Shown: positions 28,929-37,799 of the stretch, piece by piece
Layout: every line of letters begins with the position of its first letter
How positions within the stretch are numbered: position 1 is the first letter of the stretch
DNA from: a virus
Reading direction: 5' to 3' (one strand)
DNA length: 64,000 nt
IMG/VR virus record: IMGVR_UViG_3300044630_005784
Span: 5,535-69,534 of that record
Made by a program: the position numbers and the translations under genes
Notes under the pieces: generated by a model
The model's input: only the letters and a program-made list of their open reading frames with translations
Database searches by the model: none
What the model was told of the DNA's origin: nothing

Positions 28929-29272
28929 CTAGTGACCTCAAGATTCACCACGAACCGGCCTCGCAGTACGCGATGCACTGCACCAGCGGCAGAGATGATC
29001 TCAAGGTCGTAAAAGCCATCGCTGTCTATGGTTGCCGTAGTGGCTGGACTGAGACTCATCGCAATTGTTCCGGCGGCGCCGCCAAGAACCAAACGACCAT
29101 TGGCCGTGGTGAGTTCAACTAGAACGTCACTTGATTCGATTTCTGGGCGAACCTGCATCCGAGCGGTGTATCCGGTTAAATTCATCGGATTGCCGTTGGC
29201 TTGTTCAATGGTAAGAAGGCGCTCAAAAGTAGCACCTTGATCACAAACTATTTTGTAAACCCCAGCGAGCAT
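28925..29272 (-). CDS. putative virion structural protein (baseplate/fibre adaptor-like beta sandwich)
   Basis: DQGATF...[12 protein letters not shown]...YDLEI...GRF pattern, typical upstream of fibre genes. Confidence 0.7.
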   Translation of the reverse strand: MLAGVYKIVCDQGATFERLLTIEQANGNPMNLTGYTARMQVRPEIESSDVLVELTTANGRLVLGGAAGTIAMSLSPATTATIDSDGFYDLEIISAAGAVHRVLRGRFVVNLEVTR

Positions 29273-29347
29273 TGCATCCTCCTAGCACCCAATTGTAGGA
29301 CAACAGGAGTAGTCGCTGCCCCACCGATAAGCAATACTCGCTGTTAT

Positions 29348-29557
29348 CTAGGCTTTTGGCCCAAGGAAAGATGCCGTTCCCTTGTCAGCACCAATCTTTG
29401 AAGAGACCCATGCAAGCCCAATAGCAACCAAAGCAAGTGCTGGAACCGTAATCTCTGCAGGAACTTCATACTTGGTAGCCACCCAAGTCAGAACACCGAT
29501 CACAAGACCCTTAATCATTTGATCCATTGTTTGCTGAGTGGTTGTGGTCGAGTTCAT
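29348..29557 (-). CDS. holin-like small membrane protein
   Basis: Two hydrophobic helices, C-terminal KGTASF. Confidence 0.55.
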   Translation of the reverse strand: MNSTTTTQQTMDQMIKGLVIGVLTWVATKYEVPAEITVPALALVAIGLAWVSSKIGADKGTASFLGPKA

Positions 29558-29793
29558 TCTTCATCCTCGTCGTAAAGTCCAAAAAACAGTTCGTTTTCTG
29601 GGTCCTGCAACATGTTCTGTGCAGATTGTAACATGCCAGTACCAAGCCAAGGGGTAATGGATTCAGATGTTGAAAGCGAAAGTTCAGCCCCTTCTTCCGT
29701 CAACACTTCACAAACCAAAATAAAGTTTGTGATAACCCTTCCGGGCATCGCATTACGAATCAATTCATGAAAAAAGTCTTCTTCTTCGTTCAT
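29554..29793 (-). CDS. hypothetical acidic protein
   Basis: ATGA coupling; PW...GML motif. Confidence 0.7.
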   Translation of the reverse strand: MNEEEDFFHELIRNAMPGRVITNFILVCEVLTEEGAELSLSTSESITPWLGTGMLQSAQNMLQDPENELFFGLYDEDEE

Positions 29794-30131
29794 CGCCCAC
29801 TCTCCATTTCCAGATTAGCCAAACGACGCTGAAGATCGAGAACAATCGACCCGAGAGCATCATTGCGCTTTTCGCACTCTTCTTGCTCTAGGCGAAGATC
29901 ATTGATAACCGTGTTCAAACGGCGCACTTCTTCTCGAAGATCGTCCACGATGCTTGAATACCCCTGAAGTAAAGTTTGCGTGTGTTCGTCCCCCTGTCGA
30001 TCGCGCTCAATGCCCAGATCGACTTTTTGATGTTTTGATTCTTGATTCTTGGTGTATCGAGCCGCCCACCACGAAAGAATCCCAGTGATGATTGTGGCGA
30101 AAGCGATTATTGCATTGTCGAGAACACTCAT
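29790..30131 (-). CDS. membrane-anchored coiled-coil protein (lysis-cassette type)
   Basis: N-terminal TM helix, long coiled coil. Confidence 0.7.
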   Translation of the reverse strand: MSVLDNAIIAFATIITGILSWWAARYTKNQESKHQKVDLGIERDRQGDEHTQTLLQGYSSIVDDLREEVRRLNTVINDLRLEQEECEKRNDALGSIVLDLQRRLANLEMESGR

Positions 30132-30478
30132 AGCCAAGACCTCCGCCACGTTGAAGCAAATGTGGATCCATCAATAATCGCTAGACTGATTCCGAATGCA
30201 ATTGCTAGTGGATCTTGATCTGTGATTATGAGGGCTGTCGATACCCCAGCCCAGATAGCGCTAGTAACTAAAAAGCAGTATGGGAGGCGACAAATAAGGT
30301 CGGCTTTAACAAACCATGCTGAAACAACAGAAATTAGCAGCAAGGCAGCGACAAAAATGGGTAGATCAAAATTGTAGGTAAAGATGCCGATGCACGCGAT
30401 CACAAGCGATCGAACAGCAAGAAAAATTCCTTGAATCCGAAGAAAACTTTTGTGGCTTGAGTCCGTTGTGATGGTCAC
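30128..30478 (-). CDS. multi-pass membrane protein
   Basis: About four hydrophobic segments. Confidence 0.7.
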   Translation of the reverse strand: MTITTDSSHKSFLRIQGIFLAVRSLVIACIGIFTYNFDLPIFVAALLLISVVSAWFVKADLICRLPYCFLVTSAIWAGVSTALIITDQDPLAIAFGISLAIIDGSTFASTWRRSWL

Positions 30479-30536
30479 CTATAAAGAGTAGACGAATGTC
30501 ACACTCCAGAAACGGTAAGACTCACCATAAAGATTT

Positions 30537-31913
30537 TTACAGTTTGATGATGTAGTTGACTGTCTGCGTTTTGGGAAGAACTGTCATGTCTTGACCGACG
30601 GTTCCTGTAGGATTTCCTGTTGTTCCACCAACCGTATGGGACAAAGTTGCACTCGGGTTACCTGTGTTGCCTACAAGGGCGTGTGAGTGTTCTGCATTGT
30701 TATTTGAAGCCCCATCAGTATTTCGGGCGGGATTCGAAGTGGTTACAGCGTTGTTTCTCAATCTGGCGTAGGAGTTGGCAACTGGCTGCTCATATCCACC
30801 ACCACTAAAATAGTTTGGCTTCAAAGTGCCGCCAGCATCATTGCTTGGATGAGCGACTGTCGATGGAACATAGAAAAGTCCGAAACCAGCCCCAGAAGTA
30901 GAAATAACGATGTTGTCATCTACTTGTCCGACTGTATTTTGGGCGGGGATGAAGTGAACGTGAGCAGCGCCATTTGTTGTGGTTCCGGCACCAAACTGAT
31001 TAAGATTATGCGTGTGTGATGGGTGGTTGTCAACCGAGAGTGAGCCAGCGCCATGTGTGTGATTTGGAAGATTGTTCGCAGCAATCGTTACGGCGTTTGA
31101 ACCAGCGATAGCACCGAGCGTATCTGTGGGATTAGCGGCACCACGAGGCATACGATCACGCAAATCCGGAACAAAGAATGTTCCCGAACTGCCACCATAA
31201 GAGTAGCCAATCACATTAAAAAGGTCTGGGTGAACACTTGTGGAGTATGACGCGCCATTACAAAAAAGCCATCCCGTCGGCGGAGTCGTGGTTCCACCGA
31301 ACGCCCAGATAACGCCACTCGGAATTTGCTGATCAGTAGCAATCTTCGCTTTTGTAACAGCGCCAGTTCCAATGGCCTGCTGCGAAACTACGTTATTAGC
31401 AAAAGCCGCTGAACTATCTATAGCACCGCTTGCAATCTTTCCTGCGGTAACCGAGTTGTTGGCCAAAACGTGAACGTGATTAATTCGCGCAAACTTGTCA
31501 TTATCGCCCTGCGCCGCAGTAGTCCCAATTTGGGCTAGTTCACCGGTAGAACCCCAACTTGGCATTGCGTGACGATGATCAGACCGGGCCGCATTGTCAT
31601 TCGCACCTTCAAACGCAGTATTACCCGGCGTGTTGGCAGAAATGGCACCTAAACCTCCAAACTCGGTGAGGTTTTGCCACTCAGTACCATCGGAGTAATA
31701 AAGAATGCCATCGTCAGTGTCATAAAAAAAACTACGAACATAAACAACGGGATCGTAAGCGCCACGGTTTGTTCCGGAAAGAAACACCGCAGCCCTTGCT
31801 TCAAGGTTGCCATGAGACGTGTCTAGTTGGGAACGGGTCAACGGATCGCTATCAGCGCTCCATCGAGTTAGTTCAAATCTTCCTGCGGTTGTTACGCCCA
31901 TTTTGGCCTCCAA
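30537..31913 (-). CDS. tail fibre protein with collar domain
   Basis: ARSDHRH repeats, PTGWLFCNG collar, several HxH motifs, YIIK end. Confidence 0.85.
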   Translation of the reverse strand: MEAKMGVTTAGRFELTRWSADSDPLTRSQLDTSHGNLEARAAVFLSGTNRGAYDPVVYVRSFFYDTDDGILYYSDGTEWQNLTEFGGLGAISANTPGNTAFEGANDNAARSDHRHAMPSWGSTGELAQIGTTAAQGDNDKFARINHVHVLANNSVTAGKIASGAIDSSAAFANNVVSQQAIGTGAVTKAKIATDQQIPSGVIWAFGGTTTPPTGWLFCNGASYSTSVHPDLFNVIGYSYGGSSGTFFVPDLRDRMPRGAANPTDTLGAIAGSNAVTIAANNLPNHTHGAGSLSVDNHPSHTHNLNQFGAGTTTNGAAHVHFIPAQNTVGQVDDNIVISTSGAGFGLFYVPSTVAHPSNDAGGTLKPNYFSGGGYEQPVANSYARLRNNAVTTSNPARNTDGASNNNAEHSHALVGNTGNPSATLSHTVGGTTGNPTGTVGQDMTVLPKTQTVNYIIKL

Positions 31914-31932
31914 GCCATTTTATCTCAACTGG

Positions 31933-33126
31933 TCAGGTTCCAAAAACTGTTAGTTGGAATCCTGCGGGCATCGCTGGCGCTACGGTTTGCTCGACATCTC
32001 CAATGTCCCCTTCAACTAAAAGAATTTGTACGCCGATATGCCAAGGATCATCTAAGTAGTGGCTTAAAAATGTGACGCTTTGGGTTCCGCCTAACGCCTG
32101 TTTTGCGGCAGCAATAATGGATTCTTTAGTTCCAGCCCTGAATCCGAAAGCAGCGCTTTCGACTTGCCATCGCAAAAATGGATCTAGGTCTGTTACGGCA
32201 ACGTCATAAGACTGAATTTCAGTCCAAGTGACGACTCCGTCGGTAGGTGCGATGTCAAGTGGCGACCCTGAGTTAAATGCGAGCCAAGTGAGGTCATTAG
32301 TTAATGGATTGTTATCGAAGTCAAGGTTTTCCCATGGAGTTAAACCCGTAGAGGGATCAAATAACTTTGCACCAACAATCTGAACCAGCCAACGCAAAAC
32401 CTCATTGGTATCAACAGGAACTGCAGCAGGAGTTACAAGTTCGGAAAGTTTGTATTCGCGGTTGTTGTCTTCAGGTGGAATCCACCGATAGTTTTCCCAA
32501 GTTTCGTACACCTCTCCGGCGGTTGACATGAGAACGTCCATGAATCGCAAAAGTGGACGGTCAAGGTCAGTGCTTTCAACGTCTGCTTGACGAATGTATT
32601 CGGGTAGCCGAATCCAAGTTTCGCGAGCCATGAAGTTGTAGATAACTGACCATGGGGAAATTATTGAAGGATGCGCAATGTAGACGGGGGCTGAACTTGA
32701 AGTATTGGTAACGTATATTCCGTATTCAATGAGACTGGTGTTAAGTGAAATTGCTGGAGTTTCAACATTAACAAGCGTCCACTCGTCAGCAATCGCTGTT
32801 GCTGAAGCAGAGACAGTAGTACTTGCGCTTCCCTCAACGGTTGTCAAATAAACGACCACGGTTGAATTTGCTGCTGGTTTAATTCGGGAGATACCTCGGA
32901 GCGGCCAAGGAACATTTTCACCGTATAGAAAACCGAAACTTGTGGTTTGGAATTTTACATAAGCGGTTCCGCCAGCAGTGGCGTATGCGGAAAGTGTTGG
33001 GTTTTCGGAGTTTGGATCAACGGTATCGGTGGATCGTGAAATGGTCGATCCGACCCCGACCCAGTCGCCCGTGTCATTGACAAATCGTGAAGAGGCGTCT
33101 GGGATCAGACTAATAGTTGCCCCCAT
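31933..33126 (-). CDS. baseplate wedge protein (P2 gpI-like)
   Basis: LPEYIR..D...LLRFM, LRWL, GT..SI motifs; follows baseplate J. Confidence 0.7.
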   Translation of the reverse strand: MGATISLIPDASSRFVNDTGDWVGVGSTISRSTDTVDPNSENPTLSAYATAGGTAYVKFQTTSFGFLYGENVPWPLRGISRIKPAANSTVVVYLTTVEGSASTTVSASATAIADEWTLVNVETPAISLNTSLIEYGIYVTNTSSSAPVYIAHPSIISPWSVIYNFMARETWIRLPEYIRQADVESTDLDRPLLRFMDVLMSTAGEVYETWENYRWIPPEDNNREYKLSELVTPAAVPVDTNEVLRWLVQIVGAKLFDPSTGLTPWENLDFDNNPLTNDLTWLAFNSGSPLDIAPTDGVVTWTEIQSYDVAVTDLDPFLRWQVESAAFGFRAGTKESIIAAAKQALGGTQSVTFLSHYLDDPWHIGVQILLVEGDIGDVEQTVAPAMPAGFQLTVFGT

Positions 33127-33127
33127 A

Positions 33128-34504
33128 TCAAGCGACCGTTACGGTTGCCGTTGCAACTGGCAGCACCCCAACATAGGTAAATGCGAAATCGCCGGTTGTT
33201 CCGTTGACCGATCCTTCGCCGTCAACATCTGTGATGTTCACACTTACTACTCGTTCAACTCCGGCCACACGGTCCACGAGTGCAATAACTTCGTTGCGAT
33301 AAATGGTTTGACCCCACTCCCAGTTGTTGGCCGAAATGTAACTTTCAACGGCGGCTTTCACGGCGAGTGAAACAGTTGAAGCCAAGTTGCCTGCACGAAG
33401 AGTGTATGAGACGGCAACGGCAATATTTGCTAGTTTAGCGTTATCGACGCGAAGCGTTAGACCGCCAATTGACTTGTTTGTAATCGTTTCTTCAATCTCA
33501 GTCAACGTGGACGCTGACACTGATGCGCCATCAAGGTCAGATATGTACAGGGCGGCATACCCGTTGGTTGAGGGTTCCTGAAGCGAGTGTGATGTCACTA
33601 TCGCGGATGCTGCTGCTGAAGCGTGTGAGGCGGTTTGGCTCCAGTAAATATGAGTTGCGTCAACACTGTTGACCCGAAAATAACCGTCATATGTTGAATC
33701 TGACGATTCGAGTACGCGAACGAAATCCCCAGCAGTTACTCCATGCCCAGCAGCGATTTCAGCAGTGACGCTTGCTCCTGAATAGGTGAGGCTTGTGATT
33801 GTGTCTTGGATTTTGAGTCGAGAAAAAGCCTTAGCGCGGTAAACGGAGGCATAGTTGGTGAGCGCGTATGAAGCGAACTGGTCTGCAGTTGCTAAGGACT
33901 CGGAAAGAGCAGCGAATTTTGCAACAGCCCGATTAATGAACTCTGTTTGCGTTTCTGGGTTAGATCCAACTGAAAGATTTAATGACAGGGTGACACTTTG
34001 AATGGACGACACCGCTGACAAAAGTTGTAGTTGAGTTCCACTGGGAATTGAAGGGTATTCAACAAGATTTACACCTTCGATTTCCGTCTGAATGCTTGCC
34101 GCCGAAGTTGTGACGTCTTCAATGGTTTCAAAAACATAAAAGATCGGTTCACTTCCGGTGCTGTCAAGATATCCAAAGCGGGTGCCTGCAGGGATCGTCC
34201 GATTTGAAGCATCGATAAAAACGATGTTGACCTCTCCAGTTGGAGCCGTACCGCTATTCCGCTCAACTCCAAACAGTCGTACGAGGCCTTCAATGTTTCC
34301 GGCTGGCAAGCGATTGATGGCAGCGGTCAAAGATGCTGTCATTTCCGAAGTTGCTTGAAGAATTGCGTCCTCAATGCTTCCAGCGGTTGGCGTCCATTCG
34401 GGAAGCGCTGTTTGAGCGTACTCAATTGCAGCGTCGTAGACGTCAGAGGGCTGCATGTCGTAGATTGTGAGATCGATGTATTTGCTGACGTCGGGAGATG
34501 GCAT
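33128..34504 (-). CDS. baseplate J-like protein
   Basis: LPEWT, LFGVER, IPAGTRF, G..PET..F..R motifs. Confidence 0.85.
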   Translation of the reverse strand: MPSPDVSKYIDLTIYDMQPSDVYDAAIEYAQTALPEWTPTAGSIEDAILQATSEMTASLTAAINRLPAGNIEGLVRLFGVERNSGTAPTGEVNIVFIDASNRTIPAGTRFGYLDSTGSEPIFYVFETIEDVTTSAASIQTEIEGVNLVEYPSIPSGTQLQLLSAVSSIQSVTLSLNLSVGSNPETQTEFINRAVAKFAALSESLATADQFASYALTNYASVYRAKAFSRLKIQDTITSLTYSGASVTAEIAAGHGVTAGDFVRVLESSDSTYDGYFRVNSVDATHIYWSQTASHASAAASAIVTSHSLQEPSTNGYAALYISDLDGASVSASTLTEIEETITNKSIGGLTLRVDNAKLANIAVAVSYTLRAGNLASTVSLAVKAAVESYISANNWEWGQTIYRNEVIALVDRVAGVERVVSVNITDVDGEGSVNGTTGDFAFTYVGVLPVATATVTVA

Positions 34505-34511
34505 GTTGTTC

Positions 34512-34802
34512 CTAGTTTCTGAAAGCGACTTCGACTAGCAATTCTCCGGAATTGCTGTTCAATAGCCTGATTCCGCCTATTTGGATTTCGGGAAAATATA
34601 GGGCGGCGGTGTAGTAGAGGCCAGAAACGTCAAATTCTGAGAATTCTGGATCTCTGGTCCCAAAAAAAGGTTTTAGTGATAATTCTTCGGTTCGGGTGGA
34701 AATTATTGATGCAACTTTTTGTGCCGCATACTGCTCGCTCGCGTCGTCAAGGGTTACCGCACGACCTGCGGAAAATCTAAACGGAAAAGAGAACGCATCC
34801 AT
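34512..34802 (-). CDS. baseplate wedge/sheath initiator (gp25/GPW-like)
   Basis: FPFRF...T..EE....P.FG..DP. Confidence 0.7.
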   Translation of the reverse strand: MDAFSFPFRFSAGRAVTLDDASEQYAAQKVASIISTRTEELSLKPFFGTRDPEFSEFDVSGLYYTAALYFPEIQIGGIRLLNSNSGELLVEVAFRN

Positions 34803-34865
34803 GGCCCTAGTTTACGTCAGGCAGCACAGCCGTAGTGGCGATATCCGTCAAGTTTCAGCAAAGAC

Positions 34866-36242
34866 TTAAACGGAAGGAGGTGTTGTGGAGGCAGGACCAA
34901 TGTCTTCGCAGAACAGCAGCCCCAGACGATTAGAATCTGCATAGAAGGCTACAGTGCTGCTAGTACCGTCGCCCCTACTAATTCTTACACGTCTAGAAAG
35001 GGCTGCGGCGGTCGTGGTTTCCAAATAGTTGAAATAAACAGGATAAGCCCAGATACTTGGACCGGCATTAGTAGAACTAGCAAGCACTGCTCCACCTGAG
35101 GTGCCTGACCAAAGAGCCACAGCGGCGGTATCAGCCGTACTTCCGTTCTGAATATGCCCCTGAATAGTCCACTTAAGGACTCGTCCAGCCACCTGTGTAG
35201 GAGTGGTAATTACCAGCCCGGAAACATTAGTGACAGTAGTTACGCCTGTGGTGGCAGATGAGGTGGTTTCGCTGTCGATGTACCCCCAAGGCTGATTCCA
35301 AGGAAGTTGCCATCCCGTTGTCGCCCCATAGTAAACAAGTAGTCTGCCCAAGTCGGTGTCGTAAACCGTCATACCTTTTGTTGGGGTAAGTGCGTTTCGC
35401 TGAGTGGTCGTTAGGTATTGATATTGATTTTCATAGTAAGCGCCATGCTGTCCGTCAAGGCGATCGGCATTTAGGTTCGTTACTAAAGTGGTTGAAGTGA
35501 CTGTTAACGGCGCTGTACCTGTATCAACGGTGCTAGTGATTGTGCTGAAACTGGGTGTTGCTGTGGTCGCTACACTTTGACCAATTGCAAGTGTTGGAGT
35601 TGATCCCTCTCCAGTTCCCGCTCCAGCGCTGATTGAAACACCAGTTCCTGCGGTAACGGTCGCAACATAGTTGCCCGTCGTATCGTCACCCAATACAACC
35701 GAGTTGTCGGCAACGCTTGAGGCAATAGTGGCAGAAGCCGCAGTTGAAGCGAAAGTGGCAGACGCCGCAGTTGAAGCGAAAGTCGCAGAAGCAGCCGTAC
35801 CCTGCAAATCCGCATAAATTGTTACAGGAAGATTCACCTCAAAAAAACTTAACCAAGCAGTTCCGCTCCAAACATAAATACCCTCAGTATCAGTCTCATA
35901 AACAATCGCCCCAACCCTCGGTGAGACAGGACGAGTAGTCGACGTAGCAACCACTGGAGTTACCGAAACATCAGAATCAGAATCCTTAATGACCCCAATG
36001 ACCATAATGTCATTCTGACTATTCTCTAAAAACGAACAAGCAACCTTCTCGCCAACAACAGGTAAATCAGAACAAGCAACATTCAAGGGGCCAAACTCAA
36101 ACCCAGCCACAAAACGAGGAATCTCAACATAAACCTGCTGCGCCACATTATCAACACGCGTAACAACACCAATATAAACACCATTAGAAACAAACGAACG
36201 AGAAACACTTTTATCTGGCTGACGAAAATTAGGCATAATCAA
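34866..36242 (-). CDS. baseplate central spike (gpV-like OB fold) with fibre-like extension
   Basis: GVYIGVV...PVVGEKV.C.F...VIG; TAASATFAS repeats; fibre-shaft motifs. Confidence 0.7.
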   Translation of the reverse strand: MIMPNFRQPDKSVSRSFVSNGVYIGVVTRVDNVAQQVYVEIPRFVAGFEFGPLNVACSDLPVVGEKVACSFLENSQNDIMVIGVIKDSDSDVSVTPVVATSTTRPVSPRVGAIVYETDTEGIYVWSGTAWLSFFEVNLPVTIYADLQGTAASATFASTAASATFASTAASATIASSVADNSVVLGDDTTGNYVATVTAGTGVSISAGAGTGEGSTPTLAIGQSVATTATPSFSTITSTVDTGTAPLTVTSTTLVTNLNADRLDGQHGAYYENQYQYLTTTQRNALTPTKGMTVYDTDLGRLLVYYGATTGWQLPWNQPWGYIDSETTSSATTGVTTVTNVSGLVITTPTQVAGRVLKWTIQGHIQNGSTADTAAVALWSGTSGGAVLASSTNAGPSIWAYPVYFNYLETTTAAALSRRVRISRGDGTSSTVAFYADSNRLGLLFCEDIGPASTTPPSV

Positions 36243-37090
36243 TCAGTCGCTTCTTTTGTTTCTTTCGGCTTCTTCGGTGTGCGACCAGAAACAGAAACCG
36301 GATTACGATTCCCAATCTCATACGCGACCTCAGTAACAAGATACTGCCCGTTAAAAGACGTAATACCCTGCAAGTTCACTGTCATACCCGGCCGGAGACC
36401 CTCTCCACCACCACGCTCAACAACCGCCTTAAACGAAGCAGCATTCACATCATCATCAGAACGACCACACGCCGGAATCTGGTACAACGCGAAAGGACTT
36501 TCCCGCAAAGCCCCAAAACCGTATTTCAAATCAATGTTTCCCCATTTACCCAGAAGCCATTCTTCGGAACCAAAATAAAGAGTGTTGTTGACTTCGAATA
36601 CAACAAAGTTCGCGTCTCCAGCAGACTTTGTCAAAACCGTCCATACGGACTCGTCAGCATTTTCCGACGAAGACTTTGCAATCACTTTTTGTTTTTCTGT
36701 ATCTTGACCTACGAAAGCAAGACCGAACCGACCCGCAACAATCCGAGCATAATCGGTAGCGGAAATGCCTCCGTACGCTTCAGGTTCTTTGTCGCGTTTC
36801 ATCATTTGGGAAGCCTTGGAACGACACTCCAAAACAATTTTTGGAGAAGACGCCTCCCCCGGGCCAACCCCGACACGCGCAATTTCGAAAAGTTGGCCCT
36901 GATAGAAAACGTCGCGACGAATAAGAAAATAGTTATTGTCAAGCATTCTGAGACCCGGATCGATAAGTTCAACTGTCATCTGCGAAACCGCATCGAGAGT
37001 CCATGACAACTTGATGGACGTTGCCGCGTTTTTGACGTTTGTGCCTGCAAGGGTCGACAGGTCACCTATAACCAGTTCATCAGAAATCAT
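36239..37090 (-). CDS. baseplate hub protein (gpD/XkdQ-like)
   Basis: ES.W.VL...A...FEVNNTLYF, LRPGMTVNL.G...G.YLV..V. Confidence 0.75.
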   Translation of the reverse strand: MISDELVIGDLSTLAGTNVKNAATSIKLSWTLDAVSQMTVELIDPGLRMLDNNYFLIRRDVFYQGQLFEIARVGVGPGEASSPKIVLECRSKASQMMKRDKEPEAYGGISATDYARIVAGRFGLAFVGQDTEKQKVIAKSSSENADESVWTVLTKSAGDANFVVFEVNNTLYFGSEEWLLGKWGNIDLKYGFGALRESPFALYQIPACGRSDDDVNAASFKAVVERGGGEGLRPGMTVNLQGITSFNGQYLVTEVAYEIGNRNPVSVSGRTPKKPKETKEATD

Positions 37091-37121
37091 TATTTAACCA
37101 GTTCATCAGAAATCATTATTT
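37070..37121. repeat. perfect 26-bp tandem duplication at a gene junction
   Basis: AACCAGTTCATCAGAAATCATTATTT at 37070-37095 and 37096-37121. Confidence 0.9.
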
Positions 37122-37799
37122 TTTTAGGAAGATTTGACTAATTCCGCCGCCGCCCCCGCCGCCCGGGCCACCCGGGTTCGGAGTTCCCGCCTGCCGTTGA
37201 GGCGAATCAGAAAAATCAATAAACGGAAGACGAACAACTTCAACATCCGGATTTCGGTTTTCAATCAACGTCATTGACACATCAGCCTGAGTCGCCTGAC
37301 CAATATTGTTACGACGCATAACATTAATGCTTAAATCAAGAATATTCCAGAAAGTAAATCGCCCATAATTACTGACTTTAGCCGGTAACCCCGGACGAGA
37401 AATAATAGAGTCAAGACCAAGAAATAGGCACGGAATAGCCCAAAGCCCAATCAAACGCAATTTTTCAATCTGATCCTCACACGGAAGATATCCATATGAA
37501 ACTCGATCAGAAATTCGAAACTGCATTTGAGCCTGAATCAAAGACGGTCCAAGATCGTCAATAATGGCAAAGTCGCCGGGCCGTTTAATCTCCAAAAATT
37601 GACGGGCAATGTTGCTGTACGAAACTTCAACAGGAGCAAATGGTAAAACATATTCGTTCAGACCATAAGGCGTTTGCTGTCTGATAATCACCGGAGCGGT
37701 CTGTTGCCGCGCAGCGCTCACGTCCTCAAAATTTGGGCGACCAAACGTATAAGGAGTTCGAGCGCGAACCAATTTCCAATTGTAAGGGGGATCTGGCAT
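37116..37799 (-). CDS. tail tube initiator-like protein
   Basis: Directly after tape measure; P..V.Y...RPG and A.V.MTL.E pattern. Confidence 0.6.
   Translation of the reverse strand: MPDPPYNWKLVRARTPYTFGRPNFEDVSAARQQTAPVIIRQQTPYGLNEYVLPFAPVEVSYSNIARQFLEIKRPGDFAIIDDLGPSLIQAQMQFRISDRVSYGYLPCEDQIEKLRLIGLWAIPCLFLGLDSIISRPGLPAKVSNYGRFTFWNILDLSINVMRRNNIGQATQADVSMTLIENRNPDVEVVRLPFIDFSDSPQRQAGTPNPGGPGGGGGGGISQIFLKK

Noticed and set aside
19945-31913. Diversity-generating retroelement acting on fibre genes
   Set aside because: No reverse transcriptase in the window and no repeat pair differing only at adenines; the duplicated fibre domain differs at varied bases
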